From: Phaeosaccion multiseriatum
Lineage: Eukaryota; Protista; Ochrophyta, other classes
Assembly: GCA_965112735.1 (NCBI GenBank)
Contig: CBCOSG010000001.1
Span: 1 to 64,000 of the forward strand
Direction: 5' to 3'
DNA: 64,000 bases
Both the position numbers and the translations under genes were made by a program. How positions within the stretch are numbered: the first letter of the stretch is position 1; every line of letters begins with the position of its first letter. Below are positions 9,461 through 21,490 of the stretch, in pieces. The notes under the pieces are model-generated. The model had not been told where the DNA came from. It did no database searches and worked only from the letters and a program-made list of their open reading frames with translations.

Positions 9461-11451
9461 TTATGAAAAGGACCTTCGGGGTTCTAAACTCAGGTTTAAA
9501 ACCGATAGAACTCCAGCTAAGATTCCTTCCCAACCCCACATGGGTAAAAAAAATCCCCATACACAACCTCCAAGAATAAGCAAACCTGCATGATACACTA
9601 AACCTGACTGATTTTGCTGAAGTTCGGTACTTAGGTGCTGGGTAAATTGAGCTATTCCCTTAGGTCCGAGAATTTGAAACAATCCCCGGTCCAAAGCTTT
9701 ATAAGTCAACTTATAAGCCCACTCCATTCCGCCTTGGCTCAGACTTTGATTATAAAGCTTGTCAAAGAACCATTTTCGGTTTAGAAAGGTATAGACGAAA
9801 ATGTTTTTCATCTTCTGCTTATAGAGCATTGGACTGCAGTAAGCGTACAAATAAAAAGACAGACCAAAGCCGCTGAGGCTAAGGATTACCGGGAGAAGTT
9901 TGGGAAAAATGGGTAAAAATTCCCCGTCAATAACCGAGTAATTTTGAGGAAGATAAAATAGAGCATTACCAAAGAAGTCACTACCAATTCCAATTACACA
10001 ATCCTTTGCGACAAAGCCTAGGAAAAGACTTGGAATAGCTAAAACTCCTAAAGGAAGGCTCATTTTCCAACCGGGCTCATGAGCTCCCATAAGAACTACT
10101 TTGGACCCCATAGGCTCTGCCAAAAAAGTTAAAAAAAGCAAGCGCATTGAGTAAAAAGCCGTACAAAAAGCGGCTCCACAGCCCAGTATGTAAGCAAAAT
10201 ATCCTTGAGCGTCACATCTGGCGTAAGCTACTTCTAAGATAACATCTTTAGAATAGAAACCCGTCAGATAAGGAAAACCCATTAGGGACAGTGACCCGAT
10301 CAACATCATGGCGTAAGTGAAAGGCAGAAGGCGCCGAAGACCTCCCATCTTTCGCATATCCTGCTCATTATTAATACCATGAATAACGGAACCAGCCCCT
10401 AAAAAAGTAAAGCTTTAAAAAAGCCGTGATTAACCAAATGAAAAACGCCTACTCCGTAATTAGAAAGACCGCAAGCAAAAATCATATAGCCTAACTGGCT
10501 ACAGGTGGAGTAAGCAATCACCCTCTTCATGTCATTTTGCACTAGAGCAGTGGTGGCGGCAAAAAAACTGGTGCTCGCTCCTGCAAAACTTATTAAACTT
10601 AAGGCTTGAGGAGCGTACTCTAATAAGCCAGAGCACCTGCTTAAAAGAAAAACTCCCGCCGTTACCATAGTAGCGGCGTGAATTAAGGCGGACACCGGAG
10701 TAGGTCCCTCCATGGCATCGGGCAACCAGGTATGGAGGCCTAATTGAGCCGATTTTCCCATAGCTCCTATAAAGAGAAGGACACCAATAAGATTGGTCTT
10801 TTGCACAGAAAATCCTAAAAACAAGGCAGTCTCTTCCCATTGGTAAGGTACGCTAGCAAAAAAGCTCGTATACTCCATTGTTTGAAAGTATAAGAAAGTT
10901 GCAAAGATTCCTAATCCTAAACCTAAGTCTCCAATGCGGTTAAGAACCATAGCTTTTATGGCGGCTTTATTAGCCTGAATTCTGGTATACCAGAAGTTGA
11001 TTAGAAGATAAGAACAAAGCCCTACCCCCTCCCAACCCACGAACATCTGTAAGAAATTGTCTCCGGTAATTAAGATTACCATAAAAAAGGTAAACAGACT
11101 AAGATAGGCCATAAAACGAGAGAGATGAGGGTCGTTTTCCATATACTCTGTAGAATACAAATGTACCAAGAAAGATACAAAACTTACCAATACTACCATA
11201 AGACAACTAAGGCTGTCAAAAGTTACGCACCAGTTGGCATGGAAAAGATCCGTGTGTACCCAAGATGCAACTTGAAGCACCAAAGGACTTCCTCCCATAC
11301 CAACTTCATAAAAACATAATAAACTGAGAGCCATACTACCTCCCATGCAGACAGTGGTAATCCAGGAAGCACCTTTACCTCCTATAAAGTTTCCCAAACT
11401 TGAGCTGCTTAAGAAACCGAACCAAGGAAGACCGACTATATTTAGATACAC
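9461..11451 (-). CDS. nad5: NADH dehydrogenase subunit 5; probable GTG start; one-base frameshift at the T6 run (10401-10406)
   Basis: [36 protein letters not shown]; HGFFKALLF continues as LGAGSVIH...MRKMGGL only after adding one T. Confidence 0.96.
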
Positions 11452-11473
11452 GACTAAAGATTTTTCCTTAATT

Positions 11474-11556
11474 AGGATAAGGTGGGATTCGAACCCACGG
11501 TACCTCGGTACTTCAGCTTTCAAAACTGACATCTTCAACCCCTCGATCACTTATCC
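11474..11556 (-). tRNA. trnS: tRNA-Ser(UGA)
   Basis: Cloverleaf, long variable arm, anticodon TGA. Confidence 0.94.
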
Positions 11557-11558
11557 AG

Positions 11559-11633
11559 GGCGAAGAACGGGACTTGAACCCGCGACATTCAGAACCACAA
11601 ACTGATACTCTAACCAACTGAGCTATCCTCGCC
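11559..11633 (-). tRNA. trnH: tRNA-His(GUG)
   Basis: Cloverleaf, anticodon GTG, encoded G-1. Confidence 0.94.
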
Positions 11634-11636
11634 TTA

Positions 11637-11708
11637 TGGAGATAGAGGGATTCGAACCCACAGCCTTATGCTTGCAAAGCATACTGTCTACCATTGACAT
11701 ATACCCCC
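11637..11708 (-). tRNA. trnA: tRNA-Ala(UGC)
   Basis: Cloverleaf, anticodon TGC, G3-U70 pair. Confidence 0.94.
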
Positions 11709-11710
11709 TT

Positions 11711-11782
11711 CGAGAAAGACGGGATTTGAACCCGCGACTTTCGGCGTGACAGGCTGACACTCTACCACTGAGTTACTTCCTC
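11711..11782 (-). tRNA. trnD: tRNA-Asp(GUC)
   Basis: Cloverleaf, anticodon GTC. Confidence 0.94.
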
Positions 11783-11794
11783 GATTTTTGAGCT

Positions 11795-11866
11795 TACCCT
11801 CTATGAGAATTGAACTCATATCTTCATCGTGAAAGGATGACGTCCTAACCATTAGACGAAGAGGGC
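11795..11866 (-). tRNA. trnE: tRNA-Glu(UUC)
   Basis: Cloverleaf, anticodon TTC. Confidence 0.94.
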
Positions 11867-11867
11867 T

Positions 11868-11939
11868 TGTCCAAAGATGGATTTGAACCACCGACACAAG
11901 GATTTTCAGTCCTATGCTCTACCCCTGAGCTATTTAGAC
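11868..11939 (-). tRNA. trnF: tRNA-Phe(GAA)
   Basis: Cloverleaf, anticodon GAA. Confidence 0.94.
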
Positions 11940-11940
11940 T

Positions 11941-12013
11941 TAGCGGAGAAGGGATTTGAACCCCTGATCTGTGGATTATGAGTCCAATATTCTCACCCCT
12001 GAACTACTCCGCT
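11941..12013 (-). tRNA. tRNA with CAU anticodon (elongator Met or lysidine-modified Ile)
   Basis: Cloverleaf, anticodon CAT; identity not resolvable by eye. Confidence 0.88.
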
Positions 12014-12016
12014 TTA

Positions 12017-12105
12017 TGAAGAGGATGGGATTCGAACCCATGATATAAAAATATCTACATATTGATTTAGCAAACCAACGCTTTCAGCCCCTCAGCCACC
12101 TCTTC
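12017..12105 (-). tRNA. trnS: tRNA-Ser(GCU)
   Basis: Cloverleaf, long variable arm, anticodon GCT. Confidence 0.94.
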
Positions 12106-12110
12106 TGGAA

Positions 12111-12182
12111 TGAGTAATGACGGATTCGAACCGCCAACCTCTTAGGTGTAAGCTAAGCAGTCTACCATTGACATAATCACTC
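12111..12182 (-). tRNA. trnV: tRNA-Val(UAC)
   Basis: Cloverleaf, anticodon TAC. Confidence 0.94.
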
Positions 12183-12197
12183 TTGATTTGATATATT

Positions 12198-12269
12198 TAG
12201 CGAAAAAGGGATTTGAACCCTTGGCCTTCGGATTATGAGTCCAACATTCTACCCCTGAACTATCTCGCC
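12198..12269 (-). tRNA. tRNA with CAU anticodon (elongator Met or lysidine-modified Ile)
   Basis: Cloverleaf, anticodon CAT; closely similar to 11941..12013. Confidence 0.88.
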
Positions 12270-12281
12270 TTCAAAATAGAA

Positions 12282-13736
12282 CTATGCAGAAAACCAGTAA
12301 GTGGTCAACTTATAGGTAGCTAGCAAGCCTAAATTTGGCCGGAGGAAGAAAAAGACCAAAAGACTAAGACTGAGACTGAACACCCAAGCCTCCGCCTGAT
12401 TTACATCTAAACAGCAAGATCGACTCTTTACTGCAAAACGGTTTTGGGTATCCAGAACCAAAAGTTTAATCATTCGTAAGTAGTAAAAGGCACTGGCAAG
12501 AGAAACAAAAACCAAACAAAGTGCGAAAATTACCATTTGTTGGTCGACTACTGCCTTTAGAACTAAAAATTTGGCAAAAAATCCTGCAAAAGGTGGAATG
12601 CCTGCTAAAGAAAACCATACTAGACTCAATCCTAAACCGAACAAGGGTTTTCCGAGACTAAGATCTACCATAGAAGATAGATCAAGTTGACGGTTTTCTT
12701 TTCGACTTCCCCACAGCATAAGACCTCCCCACATTAAAAGACTGCTTAGGATGTAAACTCCTAAATAAAATAGGCAGACGTAAGCGTTCTGTAATTCTAA
12801 ACCTCCAAGAATACCTAAAAAAAGATAACCCCCATGCCCAATGCCACTAAATACTAGCAAGCGTTTTAGGGACTTTTGCTTGTATCCACCAAAACCGCCA
12901 ATGATGACGGACATTAAGGCGACCCAAGTTAAGAGAATGCCCCATTCGAAGCTCATAGAATAAAAACTGGCGTAAAGTAGCTTAATAAGAAAAAGAAGAA
13001 CTCCAAATTTTGGGACCGTAACGAAAAAAAGACTTACGCTTGCCGGACTTCCTTCATATACGTCCAAAGCCCACATATGAAAAGGAGCTACTCCTAATTT
13101 GAACAGGAGACCAAACAATACAAAATATAACCCCATTTGGCTAAAATTGGAAGCCCCAGCACTCAGACTCTGACCCAAATCTGCAAAGCACAAACTGCCA
13201 GCGGATCCATATAAGATACAGATTCCTAGAGCCAATAATCCAGAAGCAATTCCTCCCAAGATAAAATATTTTAAACCCGCTTCTGTGGAAAACACAGATT
13301 TTCGTCGAAAGCTTGCTAAAGCGTATAAACTCAAGCTCTGTAACTCAATTCCCAAGTAGAAGCTCAGGAAGTTTTCGGAAACAAGGATTAGGCACAGACC
13401 TAAGCAAGCAAGCAAACACAATAAATTGTATTCAAAAGCATGTATTTGACGTGCGTGTAGGTAAGTAGGAGCTAAAATGAAACATAGTGCACAGCAAAGA
13501 ATTAAACCCATTTTAAGTAGGGATAAAGACTCTAAATCTACACTCGGACATAAGCTGTCTCCATGATTAAAACTAAGTTTTGCAGCCCAAGCCAAAACCA
13601 GTATACTTAAGTGTCGAAATTCCCACACCAGAGTATGAGAGGAACAAAGACCACCACTAATTAATTGGTGACACCCGTAAATACTTAGGTACAGGACACA
13701 ATTAGCCAAATAAATCTCAGTTATCCAAAAATGCAT
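12282..13736 (-). CDS. nad2: NADH dehydrogenase subunit 2
   Basis: STEAGLKYFILG, FKLGVAPFHMWALDVYEG, SLAGIPPFAGFFAK. Confidence 0.97.
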   Translation of the reverse strand: MHFWITEIYLANCVLYLSIYGCHQLISGGLCSSHTLVWEFRHLSILVLAWAAKLSFNHGDSLCPSVDLESLSLLKMGLILCCALCFILAPTYLHARQIHAFEYNLLCLLACLGLCLILVSENFLSFYLGIELQSLSLYALASFRRKSVFSTEAGLKYFILGGIASGLLALGICILYGSAGSLCFADLGQSLSAGASNFSQMGLYFVLFGLLFKLGVAPFHMWALDVYEGSPASVSLFFVTVPKFGVLLFLIKLLYASFYSMSFEWGILLTWVALMSVIIGGFGGYKQKSLKRLLVFSGIGHGGYLFLGILGGLELQNAYVCLFYLGVYILSSLLMWGGLMLWGSRKENRQLDLSSMVDLSLGKPLFGLGLSLVWFSLAGIPPFAGFFAKFLVLKAVVDQQMVIFALCLVFVSLASAFYYLRMIKLLVLDTQNRFAVKSRSCCLDVNQAEAWVFSLSLSLLVFFFLRPNLGLLATYKLTTYWFSA

Positions 13737-13777
13737 AGAGTTTTTCTACCTGTTTTATCTACTGAAGAACTTCTTAA

Positions 13778-15316
<1,539 letters not shown>

Positions 15317-15368
15317 ATTTTTGGTCTAGGTCGTGCTAATAAAAAATGAATTTTTTAATATCCGGGAC

Positions 15369-16163
15369 TCAGGAACCCCACCAGTATACACAGACAAATA
15401 GAAATAACCACACTACATCTACAAAATGCCAATACCAACTGGCAGCTTCAAAACCTAAGTGATGCTGGCGGCTAAAATGCCCCATGGCAAAGCGGAACAG
15501 GCAGATTGTAAGAAAAATACTCCCTATAATAACATGGAATCCATGGAAGCCTGTGCTTAAATAAAATACAGATCCAAAAATTCCATCGGACATAGCAAAG
15601 CCTAAATTCATATACTCAAAGGCTTGCAAGGCCGTAAAGATTACAGCCAATCCGATACATGTACTTAATCCCCATAAGGCTGATCTTTGGCCTCCAAGAA
15701 GAAGACTATGGTGAGACCAAGTTAAAAAAAAACCAGAGGTTAAAAGAATAGCTGTGTTTAGCAAGGGTACCCCCCAAGGATTTATAACTTCTACACCTAC
15801 AGGAGGCCAAACCCCGCCGATCTCCACTACTGGAGATAAACTCGAATGAAAGAAAGCCCAAAAAAAGGCTACGAAAAACATAAGCTCAGAAACAATAAAG
15901 AGTACAACACCCATTCGCAGATTTGCTTGAACTGCGGTGGTATGTCGGCCTTCTAAGCTTCCTTCCCGAACTACGTCTCCCCACCAAGCAAACACACAAA
16001 GAAGAAGGCTAAGAACTCCCACTTCAATTAAAAACCATCCACTTTCATACTGGTGCATGTACATTACCAGCCCAAAAGTCAAATTTAGGCTTCCAAAGGC
16101 TGTGGTTAGCGGCCAGGGACTCGGGTCAACTAAATGGAAAGGATGTCGATGATTTTGTATCAT
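15369..16163 (-). CDS. cox3: cytochrome c oxidase subunit 3
   Basis: HPFHLVDPSPWP, TGFHGFHV, WYWHFVDVVW. Confidence 0.99.
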   Translation of the reverse strand: MIQNHRHPFHLVDPSPWPLTTAFGSLNLTFGLVMYMHQYESGWFLIEVGVLSLLLCVFAWWGDVVREGSLEGRHTTAVQANLRMGVVLFIVSELMFFVAFFWAFFHSSLSPVVEIGGVWPPVGVEVINPWGVPLLNTAILLTSGFFLTWSHHSLLLGGQRSALWGLSTCIGLAVIFTALQAFEYMNLGFAMSDGIFGSVFYLSTGFHGFHVIIGSIFLTICLFRFAMGHFSRQHHLGFEAASWYWHFVDVVWLFLFVCVYWWGS

Positions 16164-16288
16164 AGATTAAAAAACAGGTAAAAAAGTTTACATAGAATAA
16201 AATAAGTTTTAAACTTATAAAAAAATTGTATACAATTTTCAATACAAACTTATTAGGTTTTTGGCTATTTTCTTCGAAAGTTTTAGGT

Positions 16289-16696
16289 CTAAAGATCACG
16301 TCGACGCCTCTTACGGCGAATTTGCTTTTTAGTTCGGCAACCATTATGAGGATAATTAGTTTTTTCCCAGCCCACCTCAAAGGTTTTAGTCTTTTTTCCT
16401 TTTCGCAAAAGTTGTAACACTTTCTTACGACTTTTATTAAAACCCTCTACATGAAGACGTAGTTTACAAACCTTTCTTTGTTGTAAGATTTGTAAAAAAT
16501 GTTTGGTATGTATTTCACTGGCATATGAAGTCCTTCGGGTAGCTTTGGTAAAGCCTACACATCCATTGGAGGTGGCACAAACAAGAGATTTTGATTTGTT
16601 ATAAAAGGTGAATAGAGTATTACGACGACCTAAGCTGAGGTGAAGGATACCTGCTTCAGTAAAGATTTTTGTAGGAGTTTGCATCAAAAGGCTCAA
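16289..16696 (-). CDS. rps11: ribosomal protein S11
   Basis: NT, GCVGFTKATRRT, PHNGCRTKKQIRR. Confidence 0.92.
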   Translation of the reverse strand: MSLLMQTPTKIFTEAGILHLSLGRRNTLFTFYNKSKSLVCATSNGCVGFTKATRRTSYASEIHTKHFLQILQQRKVCKLRLHVEGFNKSRKKVLQLLRKGKKTKTFEVGWEKTNYPHNGCRTKKQIRRKRRRRDL

Positions 16697-17049
16697 GTCT
16701 TCGATTTATGACTTTTTGCTGTTCTAGCGTTGGCGTGAGTTCTTTGACCTCGTGTTGGCAGAGACTGCCCGTGACGTATTCCTCTATAGCAACGAATTTC
16801 TTTTAAACTTGTAAGTTTCTCAAATCTTTGCTGACGTAAAAAACTATTAGTTTTCCAAAATACAATCTTCATCATATGTTGAAGTTTGGTTTGATGTAGC
16901 GGACTAAGAAAAGTGCAAAAGGTAGTAGGCTTCATACCTAAATATTTACCTATTAAGTCCGCTCTAAATTTTCCCAAACCGTAAACCTGAGTGAGAGCCT
17001 GGCGAAAATTGAGAGAAGGTTCGGCGTAGATTCCCCATAGGTAAAGCAT
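16693..17049 (-). CDS. rps13: ribosomal protein S13
   Basis: ALTQVYGLG, YRGIRHGQSLPTRGQRTHANART. Confidence 0.95.
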   Translation of the reverse strand: MLYLWGIYAEPSLNFRQALTQVYGLGKFRADLIGKYLGMKPTTFCTFLSPLHQTKLQHMMKIVFWKTNSFLRQQRFEKLTSLKEIRCYRGIRHGQSLPTRGQRTHANARTAKSHKSKT

Positions 17050-17097
17050 AAAGAATTAATTTTTACTATTTTGACTTTGTCTTTGTATAAAAGTTCT

Positions 17098-17481
17098 ATG
17101 TATTCTACCAAATTTCTTAAACCCCACAAGCCTAAACTTCCTTCTCTTTCTATCTTTCGAGGGCAAAAAGGAAGATTTGCACTACAATCTTTAAGCACGG
17201 GAACAATTAGTACCAGACAGATGGAAGCTTGCAGACAAAATATAAATCGGCGCTTGAGACGTAAAGGGCAAATTGTGATTCATGGTTTCGCCGATCGTGG
17301 GCGAAGCCAAAAACCTTGTGAAGTTCGTATGGGTAAGGGTAAAGGAAAAATAGATCATTATGAAATGATGGTGTCTCCCGGAAAACTTATCCTTGAAATT
17401 GTGGGAATTTCTGAAAATTTAAGCCGGTATGCTCTTCAAGGAGGAGCTACTAAGCTTGGGGTTGCCACCAAAATTGTTTAA
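17098..17481 (+). CDS. rpl16: ribosomal protein L16
   Basis: QMEACRQ, KPCEVRMGKGKG, PGKLILE. Confidence 0.95.
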   Translation: MYSTKFLKPHKPKLPSLSIFRGQKGRFALQSLSTGTISTRQMEACRQNINRRLRRKGQIVIHGFADRGRSQKPCEVRMGKGKGKIDHYEMMVSPGKLILEIVGISENLSRYALQGGATKLGVATKIV

Positions 17482-17484
17482 TCC

Positions 17485-17973
17485 ATGAAAAAACATTCTA
17501 CCTATTTTGATTTCTCTCAGATGAAAGAAAACCATCAGTGCGGCCAATCTTTGATTTTTTATCCTCTTCCTAGTAAAAATTTGGATCTTGGATGGGTAAA
17601 CAAAGTTTTGTTCGGTGCGAAATTCTTAGGACGTGGAAAATTTTGGGTGTACACTTTTCTTTCTAATCCATTATTTTATTTTGGACATACTTCTTGTGTC
17701 AGTCTATCTGAAATTTGTAAGGATAGCCGCCAAAATACAAATTTTTTTGGGTATAGATCAAAAGTAAAAAGTGAAAAAGATTTCTCTTGGGACTATTATA
17801 TTTACCAAGGACGACTTCTTTATTTTTGTACTATGAAAAAAAAGAAAAAATATTATTTTCAGCCTGATTTAGAAGTGAGATTATGCTCCTCTATTTTTCG
17901 AAAAGAAAAACTTTGGAGGTATGGAGCCATCAATACAAATTTACATGTTTTAGGTGTAAAAAAGGAAGTCTAA
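17485..17973 (+). CDS. orf162, hypothetical basic protein; possible divergent rpl10 paralog
   Basis: Tightly packed after rpl16; size and composition resemble orf158; no unambiguous motif. Confidence 0.55.
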   Translation: MKKHSTYFDFSQMKENHQCGQSLIFYPLPSKNLDLGWVNKVLFGAKFLGRGKFWVYTFLSNPLFYFGHTSCVSLSEICKDSRQNTNFFGYRSKVKSEKDFSWDYYIYQGRLLYFCTMKKKKKYYFQPDLEVRLCSSIFRKEKLWRYGAINTNLHVLGVKKEV

Positions 17974-18212
17974 GACCAAGCTTAGTATGTTTACCAAAGT
18001 CAAAGTTCGGGGAATTCACAACAATTATCGATTTTTGCCTGGTAATTCGAGGTTCAAAGTTGTATTGGGTTTAAAACAATTTTCGAAGCTATAAATAGTA
18101 CTAAAACTTAAATAGGGTTAGTACGGAAGAAACTTAGGTCTTTTTAACTTTATATGCAGTAACGAAAGTCGACTTTTCAAAGTTTTTTATTGATATAGTT
18201 TACTATTTTAAT

Positions 18213-18689
18213 ATGAAAAAAGAATCGATGGAATTAGTTCTTCGTATCCACAAAATATTGCAACAACAAAATTCCTTCGCTTTTTATCAACCTTGGGTAG
18301 GGGTACAAAGACATTGTTTAGTCGAACTAAAAAATCGGGGCTTAGAGTATTATCGCACTAAGGACGAGTTAGATCTGAAAATTCCTGGACTGAATCTAGT
18401 TATCTATGGAAAAAAGGAGCAAAGTTTCGAAGTGTTTTTAACCAAACTTCAAAGCCTTTCAACTGCGAAGGGCTTTGTCCTTCTCGGAATTCACCAAAAA
18501 GGAAATATTTACTCCCCTCATATACTGAAATACCTTCCGGTAGAAAAGAGGATTTTTTTCAAAGACTTACAAAAGCTTAATTTAATAATAGGACGAAATT
18601 TTCGGCTTTTTGAAGTGAAACCTTTTTTTTATTTTTCTCATTCGTGGAGATCTTCAATCAATCTTTTTTTATTGAGTAAAGCTTGTTAG
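18213..18689 (+). CDS. orf158, probable divergent ribosomal protein L10
   Basis: Pattern IHKILQQQNSFAFYQ...LKNRGLEYY...PGLNLVIY...FVLLGIHQKGNIYS resembles mitochondrial L10-like ORFs of ochrophytes. Confidence 0.6.
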   Translation: MKKESMELVLRIHKILQQQNSFAFYQPWVGVQRHCLVELKNRGLEYYRTKDELDLKIPGLNLVIYGKKEQSFEVFLTKLQSLSTAKGFVLLGIHQKGNIYSPHILKYLPVEKRIFFKDLQKLNLIIGRNFRLFEVKPFFYFSHSWRSSINLFLLSKAC

Positions 18690-18757
18690 GCTCACGACTC
18701 GATCAAATAAGCTTTTGCGCCTGAAATTAAAACTTTAACAAATTTTAGCTGTTCAAA

Positions 18758-19060
18758 CTAACCCCGTAGAAGATAAGCTTTTCGAATGCTAATGTGGCCC
18801 CGAACACGGTAATAGGCCACGAGAATTCCTAGACCAAGGGCTGATTCCCCTGTGGAAACCGCAATGATAAAAAGAGAGAAAACTTGACCTAGGCTATCAT
18901 CAAGACTGGCGGAGAATAAAATAAAATTAAGATTTACACAAAGTAAAATCATCTCAATACACATAAGAAGAATAAGAATGTTAGTGCGATTCACTAAAAT
19001 TCCCAAAAGACCCAAACTAAAGAGTAAAGTACTTAAAACAAATACGGGGGAAATCCACAC
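18758..19060 (-). CDS. nad4L: NADH dehydrogenase subunit 4L (GTG start)
   Basis: [32 protein letters not shown]. Confidence 0.96.
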   Translation of the reverse strand: MWISPVFVLSTLLFSLGLLGILVNRTNILILLMCIEMILLCVNLNFILFSASLDDSLGQVFSLFIIAVSTGESALGLGILVAYYRVRGHISIRKAYLLRG

Positions 19061-19112
19061 GTTAACTAATAAAATACAAAAGTCTTATAAAAAACTCGAT
19101 TTCCAAAAAAGT

Positions 19113-20309
19113 ATGAATTTAAAAAAAAGTGAGCTAGGACGTAAAGTAATGAACTTTAGCATTAATTTTGGGCCCCAGCACCCGGCTGCCCACGGAGTAC
19201 TTCGTTTAGTTTTAGAGCTGAAAGGAGAAAGCCTTCAGCACGCTGATCCTCATATTGGGCTCCTTCACCGAGGCACAGAAAAGCTTATTGAGTATAAAAC
19301 TTATCTGCAAGCTTTGCCTTATTTGGATCGTCTGGATTATGTTTCGATGATGTGCCAAGAGCATACCTATTCTTTAGCCGTAGAAAACTTATTTCATACG
19401 CAGGTTCCTTCTAGGGCTCAGTATATCCGAGTTCTATTTGGAGAAATTACCCGTATTCTTAATCATCTTTTGGCCGTAGGCTGTCACGCAATGGATGTAG
19501 GGGCAATGACCCCTTTTCTTTGGGGATTCGAAGAACGAGAAAAACTTATGGAATTTTATGATCGGGTTTGCGGAGCCCGTATGCATGCAGCTTACGTTCG
19601 GCCCGGAGGCGTAAGCCAAGACCTACCTCAAGGACTTTTAGATGACATCTATGTTTTTGCTCAGCAGTTCAGTCTTCGTATCGATGAGATGGAGGAAATG
19701 TTGACCACGAACCGGATTTGGAAACAACGTTTAGTGAACGTAGGACGAATCTCCGCTCAAGAAGCGGAAACTTGGGGATACTCGGGAGTTATGCTTCGAG
19801 GATGTGGGGTCGATTGGGATTTACGTAAGACTCAACCTTATGAGGTTTACAATGACTTAAGTTTTGAAGTTCCGCTAGGAAAAAACGGTGACTGTTATGA
19901 CCGGTACCTTTTACGTATGGAAGAAATGCGTCAGAGCTTAAGTCTTATTTATCAGTGCTTAAATAGATTGCCTGCTGGACCGGTAAAGACCCAAGATGGA
20001 AAAATGAATCTTCCTAGCCGTGCTGATTTAAAGCATTCTATGGAGGCGGTTATTCACCATTTTAAACTATGTACAGAGGGTTTTGAAGTGCCTTTAGGTC
20101 AAACTTATACGGCTACTGAAGCCCCTAAAGGCGAATTTGGTGTCTATTTGATTTCAGATGGAAGTAGTAAGCCTTACCGCTGCAAAATCAAGGCACCAGG
20201 GTTTGCTCATCTGCAAAGTTTGGATTTTATGTGCAAAAATCATATGATTGCAGACGTGGTTACAGTAATCGGTACTCAGGATATTGTATTTGGTGAGATT
20301 GATCGATAA
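19113..20309 (+). CDS. nad7: NADH dehydrogenase subunit 7
   Basis: [41 protein letters not shown]. Confidence 0.99.
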   Translation: MNLKKSELGRKVMNFSINFGPQHPAAHGVLRLVLELKGESLQHADPHIGLLHRGTEKLIEYKTYLQALPYLDRLDYVSMMCQEHTYSLAVENLFHTQVPSRAQYIRVLFGEITRILNHLLAVGCHAMDVGAMTPFLWGFEEREKLMEFYDRVCGARMHAAYVRPGGVSQDLPQGLLDDIYVFAQQFSLRIDEMEEMLTTNRIWKQRLVNVGRISAQEAETWGYSGVMLRGCGVDWDLRKTQPYEVYNDLSFEVPLGKNGDCYDRYLLRMEEMRQSLSLIYQCLNRLPAGPVKTQDGKMNLPSRADLKHSMEAVIHHFKLCTEGFEVPLGQTYTATEAPKGEFGVYLISDGSSKPYRCKIKAPGFAHLQSLDFMCKNHMIADVVTVIGTQDIVFGEIDR

Positions 20310-20324
20310 AAAACTAGAATTCCT

Positions 20325-21170
20325 ATGATAAAATCGAAGTGGAACACATCTGGTGGAAGACAATGGCGACCTGCGCATGTCCTTCCCTTGTCAAAACAAA
20401 AAAGTATTAAAGGCTTGTCTAAAGGTGTTCACGCTTCAACAGGACGAAATCATCAAGGAAGAGTCTGTAATTGGCACCGAGGAGGAGGACATAAAAGGAA
20501 GCTCCGATCTTTAAGTTTCATAAGTCGAGGTATAGGCTTATGTTTGGATCGGGAGCATCTACCGAGACATTCTTCTTTTGGGCATCGGGTTTTTATACCG
20601 GACTTGAATGAAGGCCACACCAAGATAAGTAAAGGGTGCTCTCATACCTATATCCTCGGAGTAGAAGGTCTATCTCAGGGACACTCTATCTATGGGCCAA
20701 ATTTAGGAGAAACTCAAATGGGGAATCATTTTCCCCTTTATCAAATTCCTCAGGGATTTAGTATACACAATTTGTGTGTCCGTACTGGTAAACCAAGTCA
20801 ATATCTTAAGGCAGCTGGAGCTTACGGACTGTTGATACAGAAAAACGCAAAACAAACCCTAGTGAAACTCAAATCTGGAAAATATGAAGTATTTTCTTCG
20901 GTTAAAGCTTCTGCCTCCTTAGGAAAAGTAGGAAATCAGACCTGGTTTTTGAGAGTGTTAGGGAAAGCAGGACGAAACCGGTATGTAGGCATACGTCCTA
21001 CGGTGCGGGGTGTAGCTATGAATCCTGTAGATCATCCCCATGGGGGTGGAGAAGGAAAGACTTCAGGAGGGCGACCCTCTGTAACTCCTTGGGGGAAACC
21101 TACCAAAGGTCAGCCTACCCTAAGCCGACAAAAAAAGCGTAATAGGAAGTTACATATTTACAATGAGTAA
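20325..21170 (+). CDS. rpl2: ribosomal protein L2
   Basis: GRNHQG, RGGGHKRK, RPTVRGVAMNPVDHPHGGGEG. Confidence 0.97.
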   Translation: MIKSKWNTSGGRQWRPAHVLPLSKQKSIKGLSKGVHASTGRNHQGRVCNWHRGGGHKRKLRSLSFISRGIGLCLDREHLPRHSSFGHRVFIPDLNEGHTKISKGCSHTYILGVEGLSQGHSIYGPNLGETQMGNHFPLYQIPQGFSIHNLCVRTGKPSQYLKAAGAYGLLIQKNAKQTLVKLKSGKYEVFSSVKASASLGKVGNQTWFLRVLGKAGRNRYVGIRPTVRGVAMNPVDHPHGGGEGKTSGGRPSVTPWGKPTKGQPTLSRQKKRNRKLHIYNE

Positions 21171-21435
21171 GAGATCAAAATGGAAATTACCTTACGTAGA
21201 CTTTAATATTTTGCGGCGTTTACCCTTATATAAAACCCAAGAAAAAATTTCTACTACTTCACGCTCATCCACAGTTCTTCCTAATTTCGTACATAAAATG
21301 TTTCTTATATATAACGGGAAAAAGTTTCAACGTCTTAAGATCGAGGCAAAAATGATTGGCCATAAGCTAGGGGAATTTTCGGTAACTCGGGCAAAGTATG
21401 AGTTTAAAAAAAAAAGAAAGAAGTCTAAAAAGTAA
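21163..21435 (+). CDS. rps19: ribosomal protein S19
   Basis: RSKWKLPY, IYNGKKF, MIGHKLGEFSVTR. Confidence 0.96.
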   Translation: MSKRSKWKLPYVDFNILRRLPLYKTQEKISTTSRSSTVLPNFVHKMFLIYNGKKFQRLKIEAKMIGHKLGEFSVTRAKYEFKKKRKKSKK

Positions 21436-21490
21436 AAAAAACTGTCTGTGCATGTTTAAAAACCCATATCTGTAAAAAATCAAGTTTTTT

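Noticed and set aside
11452-11550. N-terminal extensions called for nad5, nad7, atp9, rps14, rpl16 and cox1
   Set aside because: They run through upstream tRNAs, opposite-strand genes or spacers; homology starts at the downstream GTG or ATG
11474-12269. Regularly spaced GGATTCGAACC-like repeats suggestive of an array
   Set aside because: These are the T-loops of ten clustered tRNA genes, not a CRISPR or tandem repeat
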